Below, piece by piece: positions 1 to 7,686 of a stretch of 44,920 nt of DNA. Source of the DNA: a virus (Duplodnaviria; Caudoviricetes); IMG/VR virus record IMGVR_UViG_3300016722_000142, positions 1 through 44,920 of that record; one strand, written 5' to 3'. The notes beneath the pieces are model-generated. The model saw only the letters and a program-made list of their open reading frames with translations, did no database searches and was not told the origin of the DNA. Each line of letters starts with the position of its first letter. Within the stretch, counting starts at the first letter, position 1. A program made the position numbers and the translations under genes.

Positions 1-720
1 TTAAAACAATTCCATCTGATTGTCCTCCTCCAGCCTGATGAAGCCGAGTTCGGAAAGGCGGATCTGCATGGCTTCGGAAGACACGGCGAAGACGGACGCG
101 AAATCGCGCGCGATCCGGCAGAACACCTTTTTGCTGTCGGGCGGCAGATGAAACCGCTCGCGCTGTTCCCGGAGTTCTTCGAACACATTGACCGCCTTGG
201 AGTTTTCTCCGTATTCCGCATACCATGCCTCGCGCACGAGGTCGCGGGGCATCAGCAGATATCCGGCGAAGCGGTCGGCCTGCCGTTCCCGCTCGTCCCG
301 GTTGGAGGAACGGCAGAGAATGGTCGGCGCGCCCCGCTCTCCAAGGAGAAGCGGAGCCGCTTCGTCCGCAAGCATATCGGGAGCGTGAATGACCCAGTGG
401 CCGGCTTCGTGCCCGACGCTGTAATTGTAGCGCCCGAGCATCTGCGGGAACGCTTCCGGGTCGAGGGATTTGTCAATGGCGACCTTGCGCTCTCCGTCAA
501 AAATATAAAGCGCACCGTGCGTTCCCTGTCCGTATTCCTTCTGCAAATCCTCCGTTTCGACATAGAAGTCCCAGAGGCAGTCCATCATTTTCACGACCGG
601 AACTGGAACCGTAATTGGCTTGTCCGGATACTTCCGCCGGAATTGCGCAATCATTCCGTCCGCGTATTCCTCGATGAGTTTGTTGGGCATCCGGTGCCGC
701 TCGTCATATCTTGTCGGCAT
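1..720 (-). CDS. ImmA/IrrE family metallo-endopeptidase (anti-repressor protease)
   Basis: GRYNYSVGHEAGH (HExxH), ERQADRFAGYLLMP, FAVSSEAMQIRL motifs; overlaps the upstream XRE repressor gene. Confidence 0.9.
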   Translation of the reverse strand: MPTRYDERHRMPNKLIEEYADGMIAQFRRKYPDKPITVPVPVVKMMDCLWDFYVETEDLQKEYGQGTHGALYIFDGERKVAIDKSLDPEAFPQMLGRYNYSVGHEAGHWVIHAPDMLADEAAPLLLGERGAPTILCRSSNRDERERQADRFAGYLLMPRDLVREAWYAEYGENSKAVNVFEELREQRERFHLPPDSKKVFCRIARDFASVFAVSSEAMQIRLSELGFIRLEEDNQMELF

Positions 721-1117
721 CGTCTTCCCCCCTCCCGTCCTTTGGCGCCTTCCCCTCGCCGGCGTCGATCATCCGCTGGTACATGTCAAGGCGTTCCCGT
801 GAAAGGCCGCTGGCGGTACGCAGAAACGCGGCCATTTTGACTGGCGCCTCATGGGCGGCGATCTGCTTTTCAAGCCGCGGCTCGATCTTGCCCGCCTGGG
901 CGAAAAGCTCGTCGGCGGTGACATCGAGGGCCTTGGCGAGCTTGTAGACCGTCTCGTCCGAGGCCGGAAGCTCTCCGCGTTCGATCTTGCTCAGATAGGT
1001 CGCGCTGAGGCCGATTTTCTCGGCGAGGCCGCGAACCGAAAAGGAATCGTCGCGTTCCTTTTTTTCGTTCCGCAGGTTTTTGATATAATCGCCGAATATT
1101 TTACTGCCGCCGCCCAT
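704..1117 (-). CDS. XRE-family helix-turn-helix prophage repressor (ImmR-like)
   Basis: FGDYIKNLR...SVRGLAEKIGLSATYLSKIERGE...LAKALDV HTH_3 pattern; start moved to ATG at 1117 with GGAG RBS. Confidence 0.9.
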   Translation of the reverse strand: MGGGSKIFGDYIKNLRNEKKERDDSFSVRGLAEKIGLSATYLSKIERGELPASDETVYKLAKALDVTADELFAQAGKIEPRLEKQIAAHEAPVKMAAFLRTASGLSRERLDMYQRMIDAGEGKAPKDGRGEDDADKI

Positions 1118-1163
1118 GGTGACTCCGTTTCTCCCAAATTCATCGTTTTTATTTTTGTACCCT

Positions 1164-1192
1164 AATATACTTACACTGCTCATAAAAGTCAA
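1164..1192 (-). promoter_or_regulatory. sigma70-type promoter for repressor/ImmA operon
   Basis: Minus strand TTGACT-17 bp-TATATT about 45 bp upstream of the repressor start. Confidence 0.7.
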
Positions 1193-1220
1193 ACGAAAAT
1201 CATAAAAAATATGTTTCCGT

Positions 1221-1252
1221 CCACGTTTTTTATTCTTTTTTGCGTAGAGATA
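1221..1252 (+). promoter_or_regulatory. Repeated motif class I (ACGYTTT-N13-CGWAGAGATA), copy 1
   Basis: ccACGTTTTTTATTCTTTTTTGCGTAGAGATA; same spacing as copies at 4361 and 18784. Confidence 0.6.
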
Positions 1253-1286
1253 GGAATGGATGAGGTTACATCGACAAGGAGGCGCT

Positions 1287-1502
1287 ATGGAAAAACCGAA
1301 AACCGTTCCAGAGAATGTGTGGGAGGCAGTGTGCGTCGTCGCGGCCGCCCTGCAGAGAAAGTTCGAAACTCCTCTGGCTATACCGGCCGGCGCACGCTTA
1401 GGTAATGCAACGACAAACCAATTACTTACAGGAGGTGGTGATGCCGGATATCAAGATTGTGACGCGCCAGCTGGCGTTGCTGGGCCAGATGGACTTGAAT
1501 GA
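1287..1502 (+). CDS. Small hypothetical protein
   Basis: Strong AAGGAGG RBS before ATG 1287, downstream of a class I motif; overlaps the next gene by about 60 bp so uncertain. Confidence 0.35.
   Translation: MEKPKTVPENVWEAVCVVAAALQRKFETPLAIPAGARLGNATTNQLLTGGGDAGYQDCDAPAGVAGPDGLE
1372..1406 (+). promoter_or_regulatory. Repeated motif class II (TGGCTAT-N11/12-RCGCTT), copy 1
   Basis: CTCTGGCTATACCGGCCGGCGCACGCTTAGGTAAT upstream of the DUF2924 gene; matches copies at 16170(-), 42941 and 43938. Confidence 0.55.
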
Positions 1503-1878
1503 ACTGAAGGAAAAATACGCCGAGCTGTACGGGAGTGAAACCCGGACGGCTTCGGTGCAATCCCTGCGCCGGCGGCTGGCCTACCGGATTCAGGAAGTCT
1601 ATTACGGCGGGTTGAGCGACGGGGAAAAGGCTTCGCTGGAACAAATCGCCCGGCGTGATCCGGTCGCCAACCTCGACAGCGTGAAACTGCCGCCCGGCGC
1701 GATTCCGCGCGGGACGCGGTTCAGCCGGGAATGGCATGGCAAGGTCTACGAGGTGGTCGCCACCGGGCAGGGAACCTACGAATACGGCGGATGCTTCTAC
1801 CGGTCACTCTCGGCCGTCGCCCGAATCATAACCGGGACGAAGTGGAACGGCAAAAAATTCTTTGGAATAAAGGGCTGA
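1441..1878 (+). CDS. DUF2924 domain protein (serine-recombinase-associated)
   Basis: LRRRLAYRIQE..YGGL, GTRFSREWHG, YRSLSAVARIITGTKWNGKKFFG; GGAGGTGGTG RBS before ATG 1441. Confidence 0.88.
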   Translation: MPDIKIVTRQLALLGQMDLNELKEKYAELYGSETRTASVQSLRRRLAYRIQEVYYGGLSDGEKASLEQIARRDPVANLDSVKLPPGAIPRGTRFSREWHGKVYEVVATGQGTYEYGGCFYRSLSAVARIITGTKWNGKKFFGIKG

Positions 1879-1881
1879 GCA

Positions 1882-3162
1882 ATGGCGGTCGCACAGAAAA
1901 AACGGTGCGCGGTCTATACGCGCAAAAGCGTTGAAGAAGGCTTGGAAATGGAATTCAACAGTCTCGACGCCCAGCGGCTCGCCGGTGAAAACTATATCGC
2001 GAGCCAGACCGCGAACGGCTGGGTGTGCCTGCCGGAACGGTATGACGACGGCGGGTTCTCCGGCGGGACGCTGGACCGGCCCGCATTGAAAAAGCTGTTG
2101 AACGACGCCGCCAACGGACTGGTGGATATCATCGTCATCTACAAGCTCGACCGGCTGTCGCGTTCCATCTGCGATTTCGCCGAGCTGTCCAAAAGGTTCG
2201 ACGAGTGGGGCGTGTCGTTCGTCGCGGTGACCCAGGAAATCAACACCTCGACCTCCTCCGGGAGGATGATGCTCAACATCCTCATCACGTTCGCCCAGTA
2301 TGAGCGCGAGGTGATCGCCGAGAGAATCAGGGACAAAATGTCGGCCAGCCGCAAGCGCGGGCAATGGGTCGGCGGAACGGTTCCCTTCGGCTACCGGACC
2401 GAAAAACGGCGTCTGGTCCCGGATTCCGAAACATCGGAAATCATTCCGCTGATGTTTGAGACCTTCGTGAAACGGCGGTCGGCGCGGGACGTCGCCCATC
2501 TGCTGAACGCGCGCGGAATAATGACGAGGCAGGGGAAAATATGGATGTCGTCCCATATATACAGGATATTGAACAACCGTACCTACATCGGAGAGGTGGC
2601 CTACAAGGGAGGCGTCTATCCGGGCGAGCATCCGGGGCTGGTGAGCCGGAAGCTGTGGGACGCGGCGCAGGAGGTGTTGAAAACCAACGCGCCGGTACCG
2701 CGGGGCAGACCGGCACAGCCGAGATATTCGCCGCTCAAGGGATTGATCCGATGCGGACACTGCGACGGCGCGATGGGGCCGACCTATTCCCGCCGCCGGG
2801 GCAAGCAGTACAACTACTACATGTGCCTGAAGGATTCCAAGCGGGACATCCATATCTGTCCCGTCAAAACGATTCCGGCGGGCGATGTCGAAAAGGCGGT
2901 CGTCACCCAACTGGGTGCGATCTTCAAGACGCCGACCTTCATGTCGATGGTCGCCTCGGAGGCGCATCTGTCAATCCTGGAAACCAGGAACACGCTGAAC
3001 GACATCGGCGGCTTCTGGGACGACCTGTTCCCGGCGGAACGCGACAGGCTGCTCCACCTCCTCGTGGAAAACGTGACCGTCCTCGAAACCGGAATCACGA
3101 TCAAAATCAAGACCGCCGGAATGCGCGGCCTCATCAAGGAGGTGCAGAGTGCCAAAGATTGA
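1882..3162 (+). CDS. Large serine recombinase (integrase)
   Basis: Resolvase domain CAVYTRKS (catalytic Ser), DDGGFSGG..RPAL, YKLDRLSRS, FAQYEREVI.ER; recombinase domain and CGHC..C..C zinc ribbon. Confidence 0.95.
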   Translation: MAVAQKKRCAVYTRKSVEEGLEMEFNSLDAQRLAGENYIASQTANGWVCLPERYDDGGFSGGTLDRPALKKLLNDAANGLVDIIVIYKLDRLSRSICDFAELSKRFDEWGVSFVAVTQEINTSTSSGRMMLNILITFAQYEREVIAERIRDKMSASRKRGQWVGGTVPFGYRTEKRRLVPDSETSEIIPLMFETFVKRRSARDVAHLLNARGIMTRQGKIWMSSHIYRILNNRTYIGEVAYKGGVYPGEHPGLVSRKLWDAAQEVLKTNAPVPRGRPAQPRYSPLKGLIRCGHCDGAMGPTYSRRRGKQYNYYMCLKDSKRDIHICPVKTIPAGDVEKAVVTQLGAIFKTPTFMSMVASEAHLSILETRNTLNDIGGFWDDLFPAERDRLLHLLVENVTVLETGITIKIKTAGMRGLIKEVQSAKD

Positions 3163-3538
3163 ATTGACCGACGATGGAAACATCCTGCTGAGAGTCCCCA
3201 TGAGTCTGCGCACGTTCTCGGGACGGAAGCGTGTCGTCACGCCGGAAGACAAGACCAAGGCGCCCGCATGCGACGAAGCCGTGCTCAACGCCTTCGCCAG
3301 GGCGCTTCATTGGCAGGAACTGCTTGACAGCGGGCGATGCGGAACGGCCGGGGACATCGCGCATGAACTGAAAATCGACCAGTCGTATGTCCTGCGGATA
3401 CTGCGCCTCAACCAGATATCCCCGCGCATCGTCCGGCTCTTCCTGCATGGCGAAGCGCCCGACGGCCTGTCGCTGACGAGGCTCCTGCGGAAGCTGCCGG
3501 CCTCGTGGGAGGAACAGGAGCAGATGCTGCTCGCCTGA
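3149..3538 (+). CDS. Recombinase-associated HTH protein
   Basis: AFARALHWQELLDSG..AGDIAHELKIDQSYVLRILRL..WEEQ pattern typical of proteins following or fused to DUF2924-linked serine recombinases; GTG start overlapping the integrase. Confidence 0.7.
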   Translation: MPKIELTDDGNILLRVPMSLRTFSGRKRVVTPEDKTKAPACDEAVLNAFARALHWQELLDSGRCGTAGDIAHELKIDQSYVLRILRLNQISPRIVRLFLHGEAPDGLSLTRLLRKLPASWEEQEQMLLA

Positions 3539-3561
3539 CCCCGCCGGCAATCCGCCGATAT

Positions 3562-3597
3562 GCCCGTTTCGGACAAGCTCCCGGAACGGGCTTTTTT
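3562..3597 (+). terminator. Rho-independent terminator
   Basis: GCCCGTTTCGG-loop-CCGGAACGGGC stem followed by TTTTTT, right after the integrase operon. Confidence 0.8.
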
Positions 3598-3766
3598 GCG
3601 CCCGGGCCGTTTTGGCGCAAAGGGGAAATGCAAAACCCGTGGAAAATTACATTCACCATCAAATATTTGCGACATATTTTCATAAAGGTCAGCCGCCTTC
3701 GCGCAAAAAACACCGTGGGTTGCCGAAGCAATTCAGCTCCGGTTCAACCTACAGGAGTTTGCGAAA

Positions 3767-4351
3767 ATGGCAAACAAGAGAAACAATGCCGCCAGCGCCA
3801 CGCTCAAGCCCGTCCCGGAAATCCCCGCCGCCGTCAGAAACCACATTAATTTTGTGGCGGACAAGATGGTCGGGCGAAGCAATCTGGGAAAATCGGATCG
3901 GGACGACATCGTTCAGGAACTGTCCATCGCCGCCGTCAGCGCACTTGCGCGGTGCAGACGGACTGAGAGCAATCCATGCGGGACGAGGTATCTCAACCGG
4001 GCGGTGGACAATACCTCCATCGACATTTTCCGCTATCGCATAAGCCGCAATCTGGACGAGCCGGCGCTCTCCGTGGAGGAGAACGCCGAGGCGACGGAAA
4101 ACGGAACCCCGCTGTTCGACATGCCCGCCGGCGACGACGCTGAACAGAACATCCGGCGCATGGATGTGCGCGAAGCCGTTTCCCGGATGCCGGAAGACCT
4201 GCGTCTGATTTGCGAACTTCTCATGGCAGGCAACACCTTGCGTGCCATAAGCGAAATCACCGGGACGCCCGAACCGACCATCCGGCTGGGACGGTTCGCC
4301 GTAATCCGCGAGTTTTTCGTTGCGAACGGAATCGATTCGGCATTTTTTTGA
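3767..4351 (+). CDS. Phage-encoded sigma-70/ECF-like factor
   Basis: Region 2-like SDRDDIVQEL..YLNRAVDN..IDIFR and region 4-like DVREAVSRMPEDLRLICELLMAGNTLRAISEITGTPEPTI; AGGAG RBS. Confidence 0.75.
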   Translation: MANKRNNAASATLKPVPEIPAAVRNHINFVADKMVGRSNLGKSDRDDIVQELSIAAVSALARCRRTESNPCGTRYLNRAVDNTSIDIFRYRISRNLDEPALSVEENAEATENGTPLFDMPAGDDAEQNIRRMDVREAVSRMPEDLRLICELLMAGNTLRAISEITGTPEPTIRLGRFAVIREFFVANGIDSAFF

Positions 4352-4357
4352 TTTTTA

Positions 4358-4390
4358 CCGACGCTTTTCCCGATTTTTTACGAAGAGATA
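4358..4390 (+). promoter_or_regulatory. Repeated motif class I, copy 2
   Basis: ccgACGCTTTTCCCGATTTTTTACGAAGAGATA upstream of the recombination/replication operon. Confidence 0.6.
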
Positions 4391-4426
4391 GTTTTGGAAA
4401 CCAAAGATGCAGACAGAGGAAAATAA

Positions 4427-5227
4427 ATGAACGATTTCATCATCAGAGAACCGGCGGAGCAGTATCACGCCGAATCGAAAGCCGGACGCTATATGTCCAG
4501 CCACATGCTGGCGGATTTCCGGGAAAGCCCCGCGCTTTACCGGAAGGAGATCCTCGGACAGATTGAGGACGCCGAATCTCCGGCGTTCGCCATCGGACGG
4601 GCGGCACACTGCCTGATCCTCGAAGGCAAGGCCGAATTCGACAGCCAGTTCGTTGTGGCGGACGGCCCCGTGAATCCGAAGACGGGCGAGCCGTTCGGAA
4701 GGATGACGAAAGCTTACGCGGAATGGAAGGCGATGCAGGATCGGAACATCGTCTCCGGCAGAGACTATAACTTCATCATGAAATTGCAGACCAGCGTCCG
4801 GTTTCATCCGGTCGCGTCGGAACTGCTTTCCGACGGCATGGCGGAGGGAGTGGTCCGGGCGGAATATTGCGGCGTGCCGTGCCAGAGCCGCATGGACTGG
4901 TTCAGCGGAAAATACGGGCTGGTCGATCTAAAGACCTGCGACTCGCTCAAATGGTTCGAGTCGGACTGCCGCCGCTACGGCTACCTCTTCCAGATGGCGT
5001 TCTACCGGGCTGTCGTCCGCGAGGCCACCGGGCGGAATGTTCCGGTTCATATCATCGCAGTCGAGAAAAACGAACCGTTCTCGGCCGGCGTTTGGAAGCT
5101 CACGGACGAGGTTCTCGACCTTGCGGAACTGACCAATAAGGCAGCGCTGGAACGCTACCGGAACTGCTGCGTCGGCGGCGTATGGCCGACCGGATACGAA
5201 GATGCCAGAATCATCGACACACTTTAA
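4427..5227 (+). CDS. RecE-like PD-(D/E)xK exonuclease (DUF3799/exonuclease VIII-like)
   Basis: EQYHA..MSSH, FAIGRAAHCLILE, SRMDW..LVDLKT, YGY..QMAFY, IAVEK.EPF, WPTGY. Confidence 0.88.
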   Translation: MNDFIIREPAEQYHAESKAGRYMSSHMLADFRESPALYRKEILGQIEDAESPAFAIGRAAHCLILEGKAEFDSQFVVADGPVNPKTGEPFGRMTKAYAEWKAMQDRNIVSGRDYNFIMKLQTSVRFHPVASELLSDGMAEGVVRAEYCGVPCQSRMDWFSGKYGLVDLKTCDSLKWFESDCRRYGYLFQMAFYRAVVREATGRNVPVHIIAVEKNEPFSAGVWKLTDEVLDLAELTNKAALERYRNCCVGGVWPTGYEDARIIDTL

Positions 5228-5246
5228 CTGAAAGGATTTTATCACC

Positions 5247-6023
5247 ATGGGAATGCTTGAAAACATTCAGACGGGGCGGGAAAACAAGCCGCCGAGAATC
5301 ATGATTTACGGAAGCGAGGGCGTGGGAAAGAGCACGTTCGGCGCGTCCGCACCGAATGCCGTCTTCGTTCAGACCGAGGACGGCCTCGGCGAGATCAACT
5401 GCAAGAAATTTCCGCTGGCGCATTCGCTGGCGGAAGTCATGGCGGAACTGATTGCGCTCCGCGACGAGCCGCACGAATTCCAAACCGCCGTGATTGATTC
5501 GGCGGACTGGCTGGAACGGCTGATCTTTGACGAGGTCTGCCGCGAGTTCGGCGTCCGCAATATCGAAAAAGCCGATGGCGGCTACGGCCGCGGATACACC
5601 CACGCCCTCACTCACTGGCGCAAGGTCATCGCGCTCCTCAATGAACTGCGCGAGAAGCGCGGCATGATGGTGATTCTGGTCGCCCACGCCAAGGTCGAGC
5701 GGTTTGAAGATCCGGAGAACGCCGCCTACGACCGCTACACTCCGCGTCTGCACAAGCACGCCGCCAGCCTCATCGCCGAATGGGTGGACGCCGTTCTCTT
5801 CGCGAACAAGAAGTTCCGTGTGCAGAAGGAGAACGCCGGGTTCAGCGGCGAACGGGCCATCGCGGCCCCGGTCGGCGCGGACGGCGGCGAACGCATCATC
5901 CGCACGGTCGGCAGTCCTGCCTGCATCGCCAAAAACCGTTACGGTCTGCCCGGCGAAATTCCGCTGTCGTGGCAGGCGTTTATCGACGCCTATCGGAAAA
6001 TTGAGGAGAACCATCATGAGTAA
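5247..6023 (+). CDS. Sak4-like AAA ATPase (phage ssDNA annealing recombinase)
   Basis: Walker A YGSEGVGKST, TAVIDSADWLE, GYGRGY, ILVAHA, IAKNRY; between the exonuclease and SSB. Confidence 0.88.
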   Translation: MGMLENIQTGRENKPPRIMIYGSEGVGKSTFGASAPNAVFVQTEDGLGEINCKKFPLAHSLAEVMAELIALRDEPHEFQTAVIDSADWLERLIFDEVCREFGVRNIEKADGGYGRGYTHALTHWRKVIALLNELREKRGMMVILVAHAKVERFEDPENAAYDRYTPRLHKHAASLIAEWVDAVLFANKKFRVQKENAGFSGERAIAAPVGADGGERIIRTVGSPACIAKNRYGLPGEIPLSWQAFIDAYRKIEENHHE

Positions 6024-6180
6024 ATGCAAAGCCGTCTGCGAAGTGTTCAGCCGCGTCTGCGGGTACTTCCGTCCGGTTTCGAACTGGAATAAAGGAAAAC
6101 AGGAAGAATTCAAAGAGCGCAAAAACTACGAAATCACGAAGAAAGGAGGCGCTCATGAAGGAGCGGATCGTGCCAAATAA
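6016..6180 (+). CDS. Stand-alone NrdD C-terminal (glycyl radical) peptide, 54 aa
   Basis: CEVFSRVCGYFRPVSNWNKGKQEEFKERKNY matches the class III RNR glycyl radical motif; GAGGAG RBS, ATG 6016. Confidence 0.85.
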   Translation: MSKCKAVCEVFSRVCGYFRPVSNWNKGKQEEFKERKNYEITKKGGAHEGADRAK

Positions 6181-6373
6181 CCATCCCCGCCTGTGCGATC
6201 TCTGCGGACAGATGATTCAGCTCGGAGAGATGCACAGGATCACGCAGCCGGATTACGGCGGCGGACTCTGGCGACATGAACATCTCCGCTGCCCGTCCGC
6301 TCCGGCGGTCGCGACCGGCGGCAGTCCCAGGCAACCCCTAATCACAAAACAGCACGCGTTTGTGCCGGCATAA
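6155..6373 (+). CDS. Small zinc-finger-like protein
   Basis: CDLC...HEHLRC; AAAGGAGG RBS. Confidence 0.6.
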   Translation: MKERIVPNNHPRLCDLCGQMIQLGEMHRITQPDYGGGLWRHEHLRCPSAPAVATGGSPRQPLITKQHAFVPA

Positions 6374-6389
6374 CAGAAAGGAAACCACT

Positions 6390-6851
6390 ATGTCCACCCT
6401 GAATTTCAACGCAAACGAAGTCGAACCGAGCGCCGGATTCGAAGTGATTCCGGCGGGCAAGTACAATGCCGTCATCGCTGACTCCGAAATGAAGGAAACC
6501 CGTTCCGGCACGGGACGCTACCTCCAGCTGGAGTTTGAAATCCTTGACGGCGAATACAAGAACCGCAAGCTCTGGGCGCGTCTCAATCTGGAGAATCCGA
6601 ACCCCGACGCCGTCCGCATGGCCCGCGCCGACCTCTCGGCGATCTGCCGCGCGGTCAACGTGCTGACGCCGAAGGATTCGCTCGAACTGCACAACCTTCC
6701 GCTGGTCGTCACCGTCCGCTGCAAGAAAAATCAAGACGATGAAATGACCAACGAGATCAAAGGTTATGCGCCGAAAGCAACGGCGGTCGCCGCAACCCCC
6801 GCTCCGCAGACCGGAGCAAACAACAACCCGCCTTGGGCGAAAGGACGATAA
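6390..6851 (+). CDS. DUF669 ssDNA-binding protein
   Basis: FEVIPAGKY, YLQLEFEILDGEYKNRKLW, NEIKGY, flexible tail ending PPW; typical Sak4 partner. Confidence 0.85.
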   Translation: MSTLNFNANEVEPSAGFEVIPAGKYNAVIADSEMKETRSGTGRYLQLEFEILDGEYKNRKLWARLNLENPNPDAVRMARADLSAICRAVNVLTPKDSLELHNLPLVVTVRCKKNQDDEMTNEIKGYAPKATAVAATPAPQTGANNNPPWAKGR

Positions 6852-6854
6852 ACC

Positions 6855-7133
6855 ATGAAAAAACTGATTGTTCCGCTGACCTTGACGCTTCTCTGCTATA
6901 CCACGTTCTTTTTTATCATTGATTTGAAACCCTATCTCGCCGGCCCGGTTCCGTCTGCGACGGAATCGGGCGGAGCGATCCCCCCCAATCTCTGGCTCTC
7001 AACGGGGCTGGGCGTCTTTGCAATGCTCTTCATTGTCGCGGCATTGATTTGCCAAGTTTGGGTAGGTGCGAGATTCTCTCAGTTTCTGGATGAACGGAGC
7101 GAAAAGCGCAAAAAGCATGACAAGGGAATTTGA
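6855..7133 (+). CDS. Hypothetical membrane protein (two hydrophobic segments)
   Basis: LIVPLTLTLLCYTTFFFII and LWLSTGLGVFAMLFIVAALICQVWV; visibly more T-rich than its neighbours. Confidence 0.65.
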   Translation: MKKLIVPLTLTLLCYTTFFFIIDLKPYLAGPVPSATESGGAIPPNLWLSTGLGVFAMLFIVAALICQVWVGARFSQFLDERSEKRKKHDKGI

Positions 7134-7515
7134 ACTTCCCTGGCCTCCAAGCGTGAACCACTACTACCGGCATGTGGGGACGAAAGTCCTCATCAGCCGG
7201 GACGGGCGGAAATACCGGGAAATGATCGTCTCCCGGTTCCGCTCGGAGGGCGTGGAAACTTTCCGGGGTCCGGTGGAGCTTTCCATCGAACTGTATCCGC
7301 CGGACAACCGGAGGCGCGACGCGGACAACAGCCTGAAGTGTCTGCTGGATGCATTCACGCACGGAGGGCTGTACGAAGACGATTCGCTGATCCGCAGACT
7401 CGTCGTGACCAAACGCGAACCGACGCCGCCGGACGGGATGGCATATATAAGGATAAGAGAATGGACAGAAGACAAAACAACGGACGCAGACGCCAGATCG
7501 TGCAGGAGTTCGTGA
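7117..7515 (+). CDS. rusA: RusA family Holliday junction resolvase
   Basis: LPWPPSVNHYYR, PPDNRRRDADNSLKCLLDA, YEDDSLI. Confidence 0.93.
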   Translation: MTREFELPWPPSVNHYYRHVGTKVLISRDGRKYREMIVSRFRSEGVETFRGPVELSIELYPPDNRRRDADNSLKCLLDAFTHGGLYEDDSLIRRLVVTKREPTPPDGMAYIRIREWTEDKTTDADARSCRSS

Positions 7516-7682
7516 AGGGCGTCACGGACGACGTCGAGCGGCTGGTCTGCTTCCTCTATCTCAACGGGTACAAGGACGGAGCGGTCCGCCGGACGCTCCA
7601 TATCGGCAAGCCGAAGCTGGAGCTGATGAAGCTGAAACTGGCCCTCGACATGAAGAAGGCCGGGATTCAGGCGGGAGCGTGA
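7461..7682 (+). CDS. Small putative HTH protein (sigma region-4-like)
   Basis: ERLVCFLYLNGYKDGAVRRTLHI; fills the gap between rusA and the helicase. Confidence 0.5.
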   Translation: MDRRQNNGRRRQIVQEFVKGVTDDVERLVCFLYLNGYKDGAVRRTLHIGKPKLELMKLKLALDMKKAGIQAGA

Positions 7683-7686
7683 GCCG

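Noticed and set aside
1372-1406. Class II motif as a sigma54 promoter
   Set aside because: The GG-to-GC distance is much longer than the strict -24/-12 spacing of TGGCAC-N5-TTGC
6016-6180. Functional full nrdD gene or simple pseudogene
   Set aside because: No catalytic barrel remnants upstream; the ORF has its own RBS and overlaps neighbours like a real mini-gene
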